DNA of 64,000 nucleotides from positions 69,192,001 through 69,256,000 of the forward strand of contig OZ024740.1 in assembly GCA_964016885.1 (NCBI GenBank), read 5' to 3'. The first letter of the stretch is position 1. Each line of letters starts with the position of its first letter. Both the position numbers and the translations under genes were made by a program. The stretch comes from Eledone cirrhosa (Eukaryota). Shown one piece after another: positions 27,635 through 39,494 of this stretch. The notes beneath the pieces are model-generated. The model made no database searches. It was given only the letters and a program-made list of their open reading frames with translations, and was not told where the DNA came from.

Positions 27635-29819
27635 CGTTTCTGAATTTGTTCAGCAAGATTCTTTATCTGAAAAATATATGTTATATATATATATATATAT
27701 ATATAACACATAGATATATGCATATAAGTTTGTGTGTGTCTTTTCTGACTCATAATTTATGGAGTCGGATGGACGCAATGTAAAACCTAGGAAAAATCTT
27801 AGTGAAGCTCATCACCCTTCAAGGAGATGTTGAACTGAAACTTTAACAATACACATGCCAACATACACGCCTTTATCAGCAGCTGCGAATGACAATATTT
27901 TCGACAGGTCCGCTATAAGTAAATATGTCTAGAGAATTTAGTAATAGTAAAACTATCAGAAACAGGCTGCTCTTCTTTTGCTTATCCGAAACCTTTGGGG
28001 TTGGTGAAACGAAATCTGGGTAATTTAAGAATTACTAATAATTTAATGTTGTTACATAATTTCAAAGCCTCTAATACAGAACAATCGTGTATAACGGCGG
28101 AATGAAAAAAAGATATATTCTGTGATTTGAAATTAGATGGTAACTAAATATTGTAAGCTATGTTTGCTGATGCTATGTGGATTCTGGCAGTCAACTGGTT
28201 ATTTATTGCTCATTTTGTCTCGAAAAGAAAGGATAGCAACTACAATAGCGCACCAAACACCTAGACTTTCTGAATTCACAATTTATCGTTAAATATACGA
28301 TGTGCTCTTAGGTAACGCTTTTACTATTAGCAACTTGATGTCGGTAACTGTTAGTTAGTTTAACAAATACAATTATAGATGGATATGAATAGCAGTAACA
28401 TTGTAAACTAGACAAATATTTCATTAGCTTCCAGTGGTGTTCTCAGCTGCAAAATTGCACTATCTTTCATCAAATGCGGTATGCTACTGCAAAGAATAAC
28501 AAACACTCTATTATATGGACCACATACACCACTGTATATTTAGTATGTTAACATAGCATAGCCGAAATGTTAAGAAGTTCGTTTTGCATTCATTAGTTCC
28601 CTCGCGAAAGTCTCATTTACAGCGAGTTAGGGTTAACCCAAACCTTGTGAATGAAATTATTTAGAAGGTCATTGGATTGACAATACCTGTAATTTAAAAA
28701 GCAAGCTATGTTAGCCATCATGCCATGCTGAATTTCCACGAGAATTACGTTCTGGGAATTTGTGTCAGAAAACACAGCCACTTCCACGTTAATTCACAAG
28801 CAGGCTATTCCGTTGATCGAATAATATACAATTCTATTTTCCTATTTTGAATATTGCATGTGGAATTGCTAAAGAGATGAGGTAAGCTGAGTGAAAATTA
28901 TTTATTTGACTCAGTTGCAATATTCAGTTATTGACTACATATTTTATATACATCACTCATATATTTCATACGCATTGAAAGCAGTGAGAATTATCCTTAT
29001 TTTACTATATCTGACTCATATATATCTACAGAGAGAGAGAGAGGAGGGGAGAGAGAGGGGGAGAGAGAGGAGATTCTTATGCCTATATTTTATAGAAAAA
29101 ACAGAACAAACAAAATATTTCCTATATTTCGACGTTTATATTTTTCTTTGCTTGTCTACATTGTTATGCTTTTAACTATAGCATTTAAAAAAAGGTTCTG
29201 TATTGTTTCTCTCGTTTTCTTAACAGCAATGCGGAAATCATGATACATGCACATAAATGAATACCAGATTATATACAAAAGTATATTTATAAATAGATAT
29301 ATAAACAATGAGGAAAACAAAATTAAAAATATATATTTTAAATCCTATATTTAAATAGTTTACAACCCAAGTATGCCGCATAAATACTCATTAAACCTTA
29401 TTATGAAAGTCTAATGTCAATTCTCACTAATGATAGGTTATTACAATATAAAATATATATAACAATATAATACTAGTGTAAACATCGATATAGCCAGACA
29501 CAATATAAGAACAGACAAATGTAAAATTGGTGTAATAATTTTCAAATTTCTCAAACTGCTATCAGCTTCGAAATCATAACTGACATTTAGACAAACTCTA
29601 ATTTCAAGTTTGCTAAAAAAAAAAACACACACACTAGAAAAGGAAATAACATATATTTCTTTTTTCCATTTCCCATTGAAATATGTACGTATGTATATAT
29701 ATGTATGTATCTTTTTATTTGTAGATGTATGTGTGTATGTGTGTATGTACGTATGTACGTATGTATGCACGTATGTATGTACATATGAATGTATGTATGC
29801 ATGTATGCATGTATGTATG

Positions 29820-30220
29820 CATCCAAAATCACCGGGAAAGGCAAAATTCTAAGAGAAGGAAAACTCTGATATAACACCTGCAACCCTGATGGTATCCAGT
29901 GATGTTGACTTGTTCTTCTTTTTGGTAAATATCATCTTGGTTAAGAGAGTGGGATTGGCTTTGTACAGTGACTTTGCTCACTATAAAAGATTGAGGGCAC
30001 AGGCATTGCTTTATATCTGGAGATCACTCTGCACTTGTCGTCACATGTTACCATGGGCCCAACACTATGCGTCAATAATTGTCACAAGTGTAGTGTTTGT
30101 ACCAGAGTTTTCAAGTCGCTGGCTGGACTAAAAAGTCACACTTGTTCAGCGCATCGGTAGGTGTTCTCATACATGGATATAAAGTAGGGGCCGTACTCGA
30201 AAACGAGTTGGCAGCCACCA
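29820..30220 (+). mobile_element. Degenerate non-autonomous element related to 35917-36390
   Basis: Collinear shared blocks (aactcYgatataa.acctgc, gtgggattggct, gcacaggcattgc, ggccRtactcga, ggcagccaYc) followed by (ATGT)-type repeats. Confidence 0.7.
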
Positions 30221-30651
30221 TGTATGCATGTATGTATGCATGTTTGTATGCATGTATTTATGTGACGGTTCCATTCCTTTACCTGGAGGCACGTTGTGCT
30301 CTTGAAGACGATACATCTTTTCAGCTGTTTTTCATGACAGGACTGAGACACGTATTAAAACGATGGACAAATTTCCAATGACGTGCAACCTCGTAGCAGG
30401 TTATCTACGTTTGAAACAGTTAAAGCACTAAAACTATAAATAATATCTGTTCGCCTTTAGATTAGAGAATCTTCGATTAGGGTCAATATCTACTCCGACT
30501 TTCAGAGCTGTAGTCTTCTATATTCACGTACAAAACATTTACACAAGCTTAATTATTCATATATAAAATTGATGATTTACATATTATATTGATCTCGATA
30601 TATTATTGGCATCAATTTTTATATCCGTGAATATTTATATAGATACAACGC

Positions 30652-30798
<147 letters not shown>

Positions 30799-30814
30799 AT
30801 GTGTGTGTGTGTGT

Positions 30815-31068
30815 TTAGTATTTCCGTGGAAAAGGTAAAGGAAAGAGAGTGGTCTATGAATAGTACAGAACTATTTAATAATGTAATAAACAAAACAATA
30901 TAATTATTCCATTACTCAAGGTTTCACGAAGTCAGACGATTCTAGCAGTGGCGTCTGAAGCCGTTCATCAGATAGAAACAGATTTTCTATCTGAACGGCT
31001 TCAGACGCCTCTGTCTGACTTCGAGAAAACTTGGGTAATGGAATAATTAGATTGTGTTATTACATAAT

Positions 31069-31070
<2 letters not shown>
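30815..31070. mobile_element. Fold-back element with one intact and one core-deleted hammerhead
   Basis: Arms ~30880-30978 and 30984-31068; left arm has extra tail; TA/TG microsatellites on both sides. Confidence 0.8.
30907..30977 (-). ncRNA. Type I hammerhead ribozyme (minimal stem III)
   Basis: minus: ttctat-CTGATGA-acgg..tcagacg loop cgtctga..tcgt-GAAA-C cttga G-TA^atggaa. Confidence 0.75.
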
Positions 31071-31137
<67 letters not shown>

Positions 31138-31418
31138 ATATATATATTCGTAAGTTATAACAGCAATGATATTTTCTTACCAAACAATAATCAAGAAAAG
31201 GGTGAGTGCCTGATTTTAAAAGAAACCAAATCAGTGGCTCCCTTCACCCTATTGTTATATAATTTTAGAAATACCATTGGAATATAAAAGGAACAAAGTA
31301 AAAGTGTTTGTTTGTGTGCGTTTGTGTGTGTGTGTGTGTGTGTGTGCGTGCGTGTGTGTATCTGTTTTGACGATGATTGTTTCAACGGAACGTCTTGCTT
31401 GTCAAATTAATTTCTAAA

Positions 31419-32198
31419 CTAGTAGTTCGCAAAGTGGGCGCTACCGACCCCGGGAGTGGGATATTGACTCGGTCCAGTGGATGCTGTGGCCTAAGGGGGT
31501 GATGAAGTGTGGTGAGCGGTAGATATCATATAATAGTATATTAAATATCAAATGATACATACTGTATATAAATATAATTGTTTCTACTTTTGGCACAAGA
31601 CCAGCAATTATCCAGTACATTACTGGTACTTTATTTTACAGACCCCGTAAGGATGAAAGGAAAAGTTGACCTTCGCGGGATTTGAACTCAGAATGGAAAG
31701 AGCCGTAACTCTATGCGTCAAAGCATGACGTCCGACCCTCTACAGGTACTGCCAATCCAATAATGAAATAAAAATATATAATATTTGTTTATACATAGAA
31801 TATATTATATTATTTATTATATAAATAAATAAAAATATTATAATATATTATTTATTTATATAAATAAAATATATTATTAAGGTTAACTTTGCCTTTCATC
31901 CTTACGGGGTCGATAAAATAAAGTACCAGTAATGCACTGCATAATTACTGGACAAGTGCCAAAAGAAGGAACAATTATTAGTTTTTGCAATATTATTACA
32001 ATATGACTCTCCCCAAATATAATAATATATTATATGAATAATATAATATATTCTATCATATAAAAATTAAGATTTTTATATATTTTATATTATTTACAAT
32101 TTGCATGTAGGTCTCTCTGGAAATACAGGTGGGGGTGCTGCTGGGATTACATGGCCGCGGGGGAGGTGGTTGCCCAAAAGGTTTGAGTATCTGTGATC
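31419..32198. mobile_element. Degenerate hAT-type MITE interrupted by two SINE pieces
   Basis: Ends resemble cagtggttcccaaagtgggcg and aaaaggtttgggaaccactgatcta; SINEs at ~31575-31760 (-) and ~31880-31980 (+). Confidence 0.45.
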
Positions 32199-32728
32199 TA
32201 AACAAATCATAAACACAGGTATCCTTAAAATAGATTTCAGAGTGATTCCACGTGACTCAAAATGTGCCGGAATTGACGCTTTGAAATTCAAATTCAACTC
32301 ATTTTCATCTTCTTAGTTGATTGGAGCAACGAAAGATCATTTTCAAGGAAAAAGAGGCCTCCGAGAATCGAAATTACGGGTTTATGGTAGTAAGCAGAGT
32401 ACTCTAGTCATTAAACGACGTGACTTCACTAAAAGTATAGTTGGTACAATATTATCTACCTTCTACGTCAACGGCAGACAAGTTACTTCTCTAGAATATT
32501 AATCCAGATAAATACACGTTGCTCTAATAGGATTAAACATAAGTATTTTCGACTCATCTCTCTCCCTCTTTCCGTCTCTCTCACCCTCTCCTTACTCTCT
32601 CTCTTGCTCTCTATCTCTCTCTCTCTCTATGTATATATATCTATATCTATACATATATGTGTGTGTGTGTATGGGTGTGTGTGTACATATATATATATTT
32701 ATTTATGTATGTATGAGAATGTATATGC

Positions 32729-32788
<60 letters not shown>

Positions 32789-32904
32789 GTAGATAAATCT
32801 ACCAAGAGTTTACGGTAGTTTCCAATCCGTATGAAGAACTCAATGTAATCCGGATATCATGGAAAGAAGAGATGCAATGAAAAATCACTTTCGGTGAAAG
32901 ATAA

Positions 32905-33052
32905 ATTATTTCTGAAGACGGCATATATATGAGTTGGTATGCATATTTAATTTTGATAGTTTGTATAATTTTGTATAATCTTGTACATAGATCTGTTAAA
33001 TATACATGCCAATTCTAACACATATATATCCCAGAAACGATCGTTAAATAAT
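32905..33052 (+). ncRNA. Type I hammerhead ribozyme with ~115 nt stem II
   Basis: attattt-CTGAAGA-[long hairpin agttggtatgcatatttaa / ttaaatatacatgccaatt]-GAAA-CGATCG-TT^aaataat; perfect 7 bp stem I; base of stem II mismatched. Confidence 0.75.
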
Positions 33053-33104
33053 GAACTTTTTTTGTTTAATATAAGGAACTGTTTCATTGTTTTATTCATT
33101 ATTT

Positions 33105-33177
<73 letters not shown>

Positions 33178-33434
33178 TATAATATTCTAGAATTGCGATG
33201 AATTCTTCATTTCCATACTTTATATACACATTTTTTCAATACTCGGATCGTTAGATTCTATAATCGACACGGCAATTGAACTTCTTAATCTCACCGATTG
33301 ATTAGATTTTGCAGACCAATCAGAATGGATTCCGGATTTTATTATTTTCTTGTTATGATTATATAAGTTGGAAATCCTACAAATATTCTACAGGAATTTA
33401 CCTTGGCATTCGTGTCTTCATTAATATCAAGACA

Positions 33435-33619
33435 GGCGGTGGATTGGCAGTATCGGTAGAGGGTCGGACGCCATGCTTTCCAGCATAGTTACGTCCCTTT
33501 ACGATCTGAGTTCAAGTCCCGCCGAGGTTGACTTTGCCTTTCATCCTTACGGGGTCGATAAAATAAAGTACCAGTAATGCACTGGGTATTTGCTGGCCTT
33601 GTGCCTAAAGTAGAAACAA
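33435..33619 (+). mobile_element. Young tRNA-type SINE (octopod-like family) with 14 bp TSD
   Basis: A-box-like tggcagtatcgg, B-box-like gagttcaagtcc; TSD ttaatatcaagaca at 33421 and 33620; near-identical to 59981-60164. Confidence 0.92.
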
Positions 33620-33649
33620 TTAATATCAAGACAAAGATATCAGACTGTC

Positions 33650-33940
33650 AAGTGTTCCCTATCCCCTTACAGTAAATACATATTATGTGATACGTAAATA
33701 TAACTGATAAAATCAGCGTCCACTGAAATGAACTCTGGTTGGCTTCTACAATGTGTGTTTCACTTGTCAGTTCAACGGAGCAGCCTACAAATGAAATTAA
33801 TGAGATGCAGTATGTGCAGGTTAGCAACTTGAATTTACAGGCATTTCCAGCTGTTGCATACAGCTCTGTTTCATTCACAAAGCTTGGATTGAATTGAAGC
33901 AAAATTGTTAACTAGGTGACGATGCCGTGACCTGAAGATT
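33650..33940 (+). pseudogene. Decayed YWTD-EGF exon candidate
   Basis: PYPLTVNTYYV..EMQYVQVSNLNLQ..CCIQLCF..LGDDAVT* resembles the last propeller blade plus EGF of LRP1-type proteins. Confidence 0.45.
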
Positions 33941-35163
33941 GTATGAGTGGCGGATATCTTAATCACTCAGCTTCACCAACTATATTAATAAAATCATGAC
34001 AGATAAAATATACGTAAATGTAACGATGGAACATTTCACTGGCAGATCCAGCTATACTCGTAACTGTATATGCTGGAAATAGCAACCAAATCCCCTTCAA
34101 GTATACCTAATGTGAATTGTGATTTTTTTCTTAATGATATATTCTCATGTTTACTTACAATATAGAAATAAGGAAAAAGAAGGGGAAACAAAAGGAAAGA
34201 AAGAATAGGGAAATCAAGAATAGAATTATAGAAAAAAAAGATGAGAGAAAGAAAGAAGAAAAATATCGGAAAAGCGAAGTGATGGCAAGAGCTCTCGTGT
34301 CGCAAAAGACAGGGGAGGGGTGAAGGAAGAGGGGGATTGGGCTTTTGGCCTAGCTAGGGAAAGAGGGCACAAGTGCTGCACCCCGCTGACAAGACGGCAA
34401 AAGCATTCCCACGGACGATGGCCAGTGACACCGGCTGCAACAGCCACCCAACCTCGCGGGGCTCCCTCCTCAGACAGGCCACCGTCGCTCCGATCTTGGA
34501 GCTCGGCAGTACGGGGACGTGGTTTGAACGTTGCATGGAACACAAGTTGTGTGTATCAATGAGAAGTAACTAAACTAGTACTACTACATACACAATGTCA
34601 GGTAATTAAATGATATGGCTATGGCTGGAAAGAAAGTCAAAGGTCTTCTAGGTCAAGACTGACCTTCATATAAACAATAAACAATCAGAAAATTGCCAAT
34701 AGTAACCCCATTGTGCAAAACAATATAGCTACAACTTTGATTGAGCAACGTATATTGAACTTTTTATTGCATAGCCAGGCATCTGTTTATTTAGTACATG
34801 TACAATGCATTATAAACATAAATGTGTAAAGCTATTTGTATTGTATAATTTGATTGAGAGCTAGATATAGCTCCAGAAGTGGGATGTTGATAGATGCGTA
34901 TGTTCACATACACATACATACACAGACACTCAAACACAAATGCACACACACACATACACACACGCATATATATACATATATATATATATGTATTCTCCGT
35001 TTCTTATGTGATATATATATATAGAGAGAGAGGGGAGGGGAGAGAAAGAGAGAGAAAGGAGAGAAGTGAGGGGTGGTTGTATACATTTCACGTTTCAATT
35101 GTTCCAAAAGCTCTTACATTGGTAGAGAATAGACATGTTTATTATATATACATATGAAAATTA

Positions 35164-35204
35164 ATTCTACAGATCTGTTTCATTCCTATGAAATCGTCAG
35201 AAAT
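35164..35204 (-). ncRNA. Type I hammerhead ribozyme
   Basis: minus: attt-CTGACGA-t ttc atag gaa t-GAAA-CAGATCTG-TA^gaat. Confidence 0.78.
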
Positions 35205-35287
35205 ACCATTACAATTTCATACGAATAAAATACTACCAGTCAGGTAGAAATCATTTGTATATATATATATATATATATATATACTAA

Positions 35288-35402
<115 letters not shown>

Positions 35403-35409
35403 CATTTAA

Positions 35410-35470
35410 TATTTAGTCCAGAAATAGCAGTTGAAACGGCTTGAGCTCTGCCGTCGGGGCCATACTTGTT
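35410..35470 (+). mobile_element. 3' half of the Naiad-family hammerhead (diverged subfamily)
   Basis: atttagtccagaa.tagc.gttGAAAcggcttgagctctgccGTCgggg homologous to 54811-54860; follows a microsatellite. Confidence 0.75.
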
Positions 35471-35647
35471 CCCATAGAGAGACAGAGAATGTGAGAGAGG
35501 TAGGTATAATCCCGACCACGGCGCCAAATGCTTTCGGTTCGTGTACTCCAATGATTAGTTGTCTCTACGGTCTTAACACCACAACCCCGCACTCTCGCCC
35601 TCTCTGCCTCACCCTCTCTCTAGATCTTTCTTTCCATCTCTCTTTAT

Positions 35648-35687
<40 letters not shown>

Positions 35688-35916
35688 TGATAAAAAAGAT
35701 TTATCAACTCAACTTTCTAGCATCCGCTTTCTCTGAAATTTGCTCGATCCTCATGAAAAAATATCGACCGATACATTCAACTTCATTTTCTAACAAATAT
35801 TAAACTAATAAGACTTTGTGTTAATGTATCTCTGTGTCTGTCTTATTTATCCTCAACTATGTGTGTATATATGTATGTATGTATGAATTTATGTATATAT
35901 GTATATATGTACGTAT

Positions 35917-36390
35917 GGTCGGGTCGTCGGCAGCTAAACCGGCAACCCCACCAAGTTTACTTGGTGGGCAGGGTGATTTTGGACACCCTGCAGGAGAAAA
36001 AACACAACCTGACAAAGGGCGGAAGAACTCATCAGAGTCAATGGCCATTCAAAATGTGTAAATATGTATATACACATGTACCGCGGGGTTAAACCACTGG
36101 GAGTGAAGGACCCCTAGCCTTAGTCAGGGCATTCTTCTAGAAGGCAACTCAAGAAACTGCGATAACTCCGATATAAAACCTGCGGCTCAGTAGTTACCGA
36201 TGATGTTGATCTTTTCCTCTTTTCGGGTTATATTTACTGTAGCTCAGAGTGTGGGATTGGCTCAGTGCACAGTCTTTCCTCACTTTAAAAAATATCTTCA
36301 CGCACAGGCATTGCACGATAGAATTAATTAATAATTATTAATAATGGTATATCGTGCAATGGCCATACTCGATAATGAGGGGCAGCCATC
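35917..36390 (+). mobile_element. Non-autonomous element resembling an RTE 5' UTR, in (ATGT)n context
   Basis: GC-rich structured 5' part with two strong hairpins; related copy at 29820-30220; RTE assignment is from recalled motif similarity. Confidence 0.55.
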
Positions 36391-37539
36391 ATGAATGAAT
36401 TTATGTATGAATGTATGTGTGTATGTATGTTCTTCTGGGTCTTAATTTTATAAATGTTTACCAATAGGCAGAGAGAGTCAGTTTCTAACATAGACACATG
36501 ACTCGCTCATTGGAATATAAACATCATCAACCTTGTAGATATTTATGCATGTCTGCTTGCATGCTTGTGTGTACAAATATGGATGCTATCGCATGTGTGG
36601 CTGTGGTTGATTTGAGTTATATGTGTGCATGTGCATATACTTTGTATCTATATATGCGTACATGCAGTTATTACATGCAGAATTTTGTATGTATGTATCT
36701 ATGTATTTATGTATCTATGTATTTATGTATGTTTTCATTTATGTATGTATCTACTTGTGTGCATATATATGTGTGTGTAAGTTTATGTGTGACCAGATGG
36801 TGACGGCATTTGCTTCGTAAACATTAGAGCCCAGGTTCGCTCATACTAGGCATCTTACGCAGGTCTAATTTACTATAACGTTGAATCAACCCATGACACA
36901 TGAGTGAAATTGGATAGTAGAGGACATTGGGGAAGCCTATCGTATGGACTGTAATACAAAAGGCCGGAGACGCCGAATCATTACGTTTGTTAACCGTATC
37001 TGGGGCATGCTGGAAAACGTAAACATAATAAGTAGGGTGTCACTTTAATCGAACAACTGAAACAGGCCCCTCGAAACCAATGGAGATCTATTCGATATAT
37101 ATGTCTGTACGTCTATCTATCTCACTATATATCTATGTATCTATCCAGCTAGCTAACTATCTACTCTCTCTCCCTCTCTATTTCTCTCTCTCGCTTGCTC
37201 TCTCTCTCTCTCTCTCTCTCTGCCTCTCTCTCTCTCTCTCACAATATATATATATATATATATATATTGAAAGAGAGAGAGTGGCGATAGAGAAAAAGAG
37301 TAAGACAGTAGGAGGGAGAAGACGTGTTTGATATCAGAAAATGTAGATGGAAAAAGAAATCAATAGAATGAAACACATGATATCAAATAAACAACACAAA
37401 CATATACATAGACATACAAACAGGCATAAACACTTATACTTATGCAAAGGCAAGCTATTTCGGCAAAGAGACGCACATTTAACGGAAGATATTTTGGCGA
37501 GTCTCAATCACTGCAAATTTTTTCGTAAATTGTACAAGC

Positions 37540-37615
<76 letters not shown>

Positions 37616-37848
37616 TATGTATGTATACGTACATACATATATGTATACAGACGTACAGTAGCATGCATATATATATATATATATATATATACATACATAC
37701 AGGCACACATATATATATGTACGTATCAGTTTAGCGAATATTTATTATAACATTCGCTTTGTTCGTTTGTAAACAAACGGACAGCCTGATTTATGCCGTA
37801 CGGTGTTAAGGCAACCACGTCACCTTTTTGTTCAACACTGATACAGGA

Positions 37849-37891
37849 ACGATGTACTAGTTTCAAGCTTGTTAGCTATCGTCAGCACAGT
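37849..37891 (-). ncRNA. Minimal type I hammerhead ribozyme
   Basis: minus: gtg-CTGACGA-t agct aaca agct t-GAAACTAGTA^cat; ACTAGT palindrome at stem III. Confidence 0.75.
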
Positions 37892-38126
37892 ATACCCTTC
37901 TGCCAGATGGTTGAACGTTCGAAAGTATATACCTTCCTTATGAAAATTAACGGCTGAGCAGCCTAATTTGCATATCGAGTGAGTTCAGTCGGCCAGGCGC
38001 ACCGAAAACGATAAGTTGGAATAGAATGAAACGAAATTTCATTTCTCACTCTTAGTACGGCACTTACTTAAATGTAAGCATGTATGTATACGTACATACA
38101 TATATGTATACAGACGTACAGTAGCA

Positions 38127-38184
<58 letters not shown>

Positions 38185-38344
38185 CAGGCACACATATATA
38201 TATATGTACGTATCAGTTTAGCGAATATTTATTATAACATTCGCTTTGTTCGTTTGTAAACAAACGGACAGCCTGAATTTATGCCGTACGGTGTTAAGGC
38301 AACCACGTCACCTTTTTGTGTTTTTGTTCAACACTGATACAGGA

Positions 38345-38387
38345 ACAATGTACTAGTTTCAAGTTTGTTAGCTATCGTCAGCACCGT
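38345..38387 (-). ncRNA. Minimal type I hammerhead ribozyme (second unit)
   Basis: minus: acggtg-CTGACGA-tagctaacaaactt-GAAACTAGTA^cattgt; 6 bp stem I with two G-U pairs. Confidence 0.75.
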
Positions 38388-38540
38388 ATACCCTTCTGCC
38401 AGATGGTTGAACGTTCGAAACTATATACTTTCCTCATGAAAATTAACGGCTGAGCAGCCGTTTGCTTACAAACAAACAAAGCAAATGTTATAATAAATAT
38501 TCGCTAAACTGATACGTACATATATATATATGTGTGCCTG

Positions 38541-38598
<58 letters not shown>

Positions 38599-39305
38599 TG
38601 CTACTGTACGTCTGTATACATATATGTATGTACGTATACATACATACTTACATTTAAGTAAGTGCCGTCCTAAGAGTGAGAAATGAAATTTCGTTTCATC
38701 CTATTCCAAATTATATATATATATATATATAGTGTTTGTTTTATAACATCTAGTCGAGAGCTTATCATGATGTTTAGCGGGAATTTTAAATATTTCCTTT
38801 TTCGCTAACTTTTTGAATAACCGCCTGGGACCGGAGTTATTCCCCTTGCCGGGATAAGCACGTGATAATTATAGATTCGATTAGCAGCTTATTGCAGCAA
38901 CATATAATTTATCACTTCCATCCCAGGAAGAACGATAAACCTGTTGAAAAATTGAATCCCACGTTCGGTCATCAATTGCCAGGAGCTTGCCTTACAAGTA
39001 AGTCGGATATTTGATTTTGGATTCAGAGAAACACTTTAAACGTCTATTCGTCTAATTTGTCTTAAACGTCTATTCGTCTAATTTGTCCAGGTGTACTTTT
39101 TCTCAACCTGATTAGTGCTATCGTTGCTCTGGTATACATATTGTGTGTTAGTTTAGCCTACCACAATTTTCGATTTTTCAAGCTTTTTAAACGTATGTTA
39201 TTACTCTAAGGACCTATCTTATCGAGTGGTTTGCTAACTCATCATTTCATATAAGTAGGCCGAATTCACTTGCAAACCGCCAGAGATTCGATTTTACTGA
39301 TTTCC

Positions 39306-39376
<71 letters not shown>

Positions 39377-39381
39377 TATAT

Positions 39382-39418
<37 letters not shown>

Positions 39419-39419
39419 T

Positions 39420-39494
<75 letters not shown>

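Larger units (their letters stand above)
37611..38712 (-). mobile_element. Retrozyme-like non-autonomous element: ~1.7 tandem units (period 496 bp) plus inverted partial unit
   Basis: 37614-37963 repeats at 38077-38459; 38455-38710 is an inverted copy of ~38015-38270; one hammerhead per direct unit; (TA)n flanks; no ORF. Confidence 0.85.

Noticed and set aside
30984-31050. Second hammerhead in right arm of fold-back
   Set aside because: Core deleted (CTGA followed directly by acgg); counted as a dead copy
33435-33530. tRNA gene
   Set aside because: A/B boxes belong to a multi-copy SINE with TSD; no full cloverleaf
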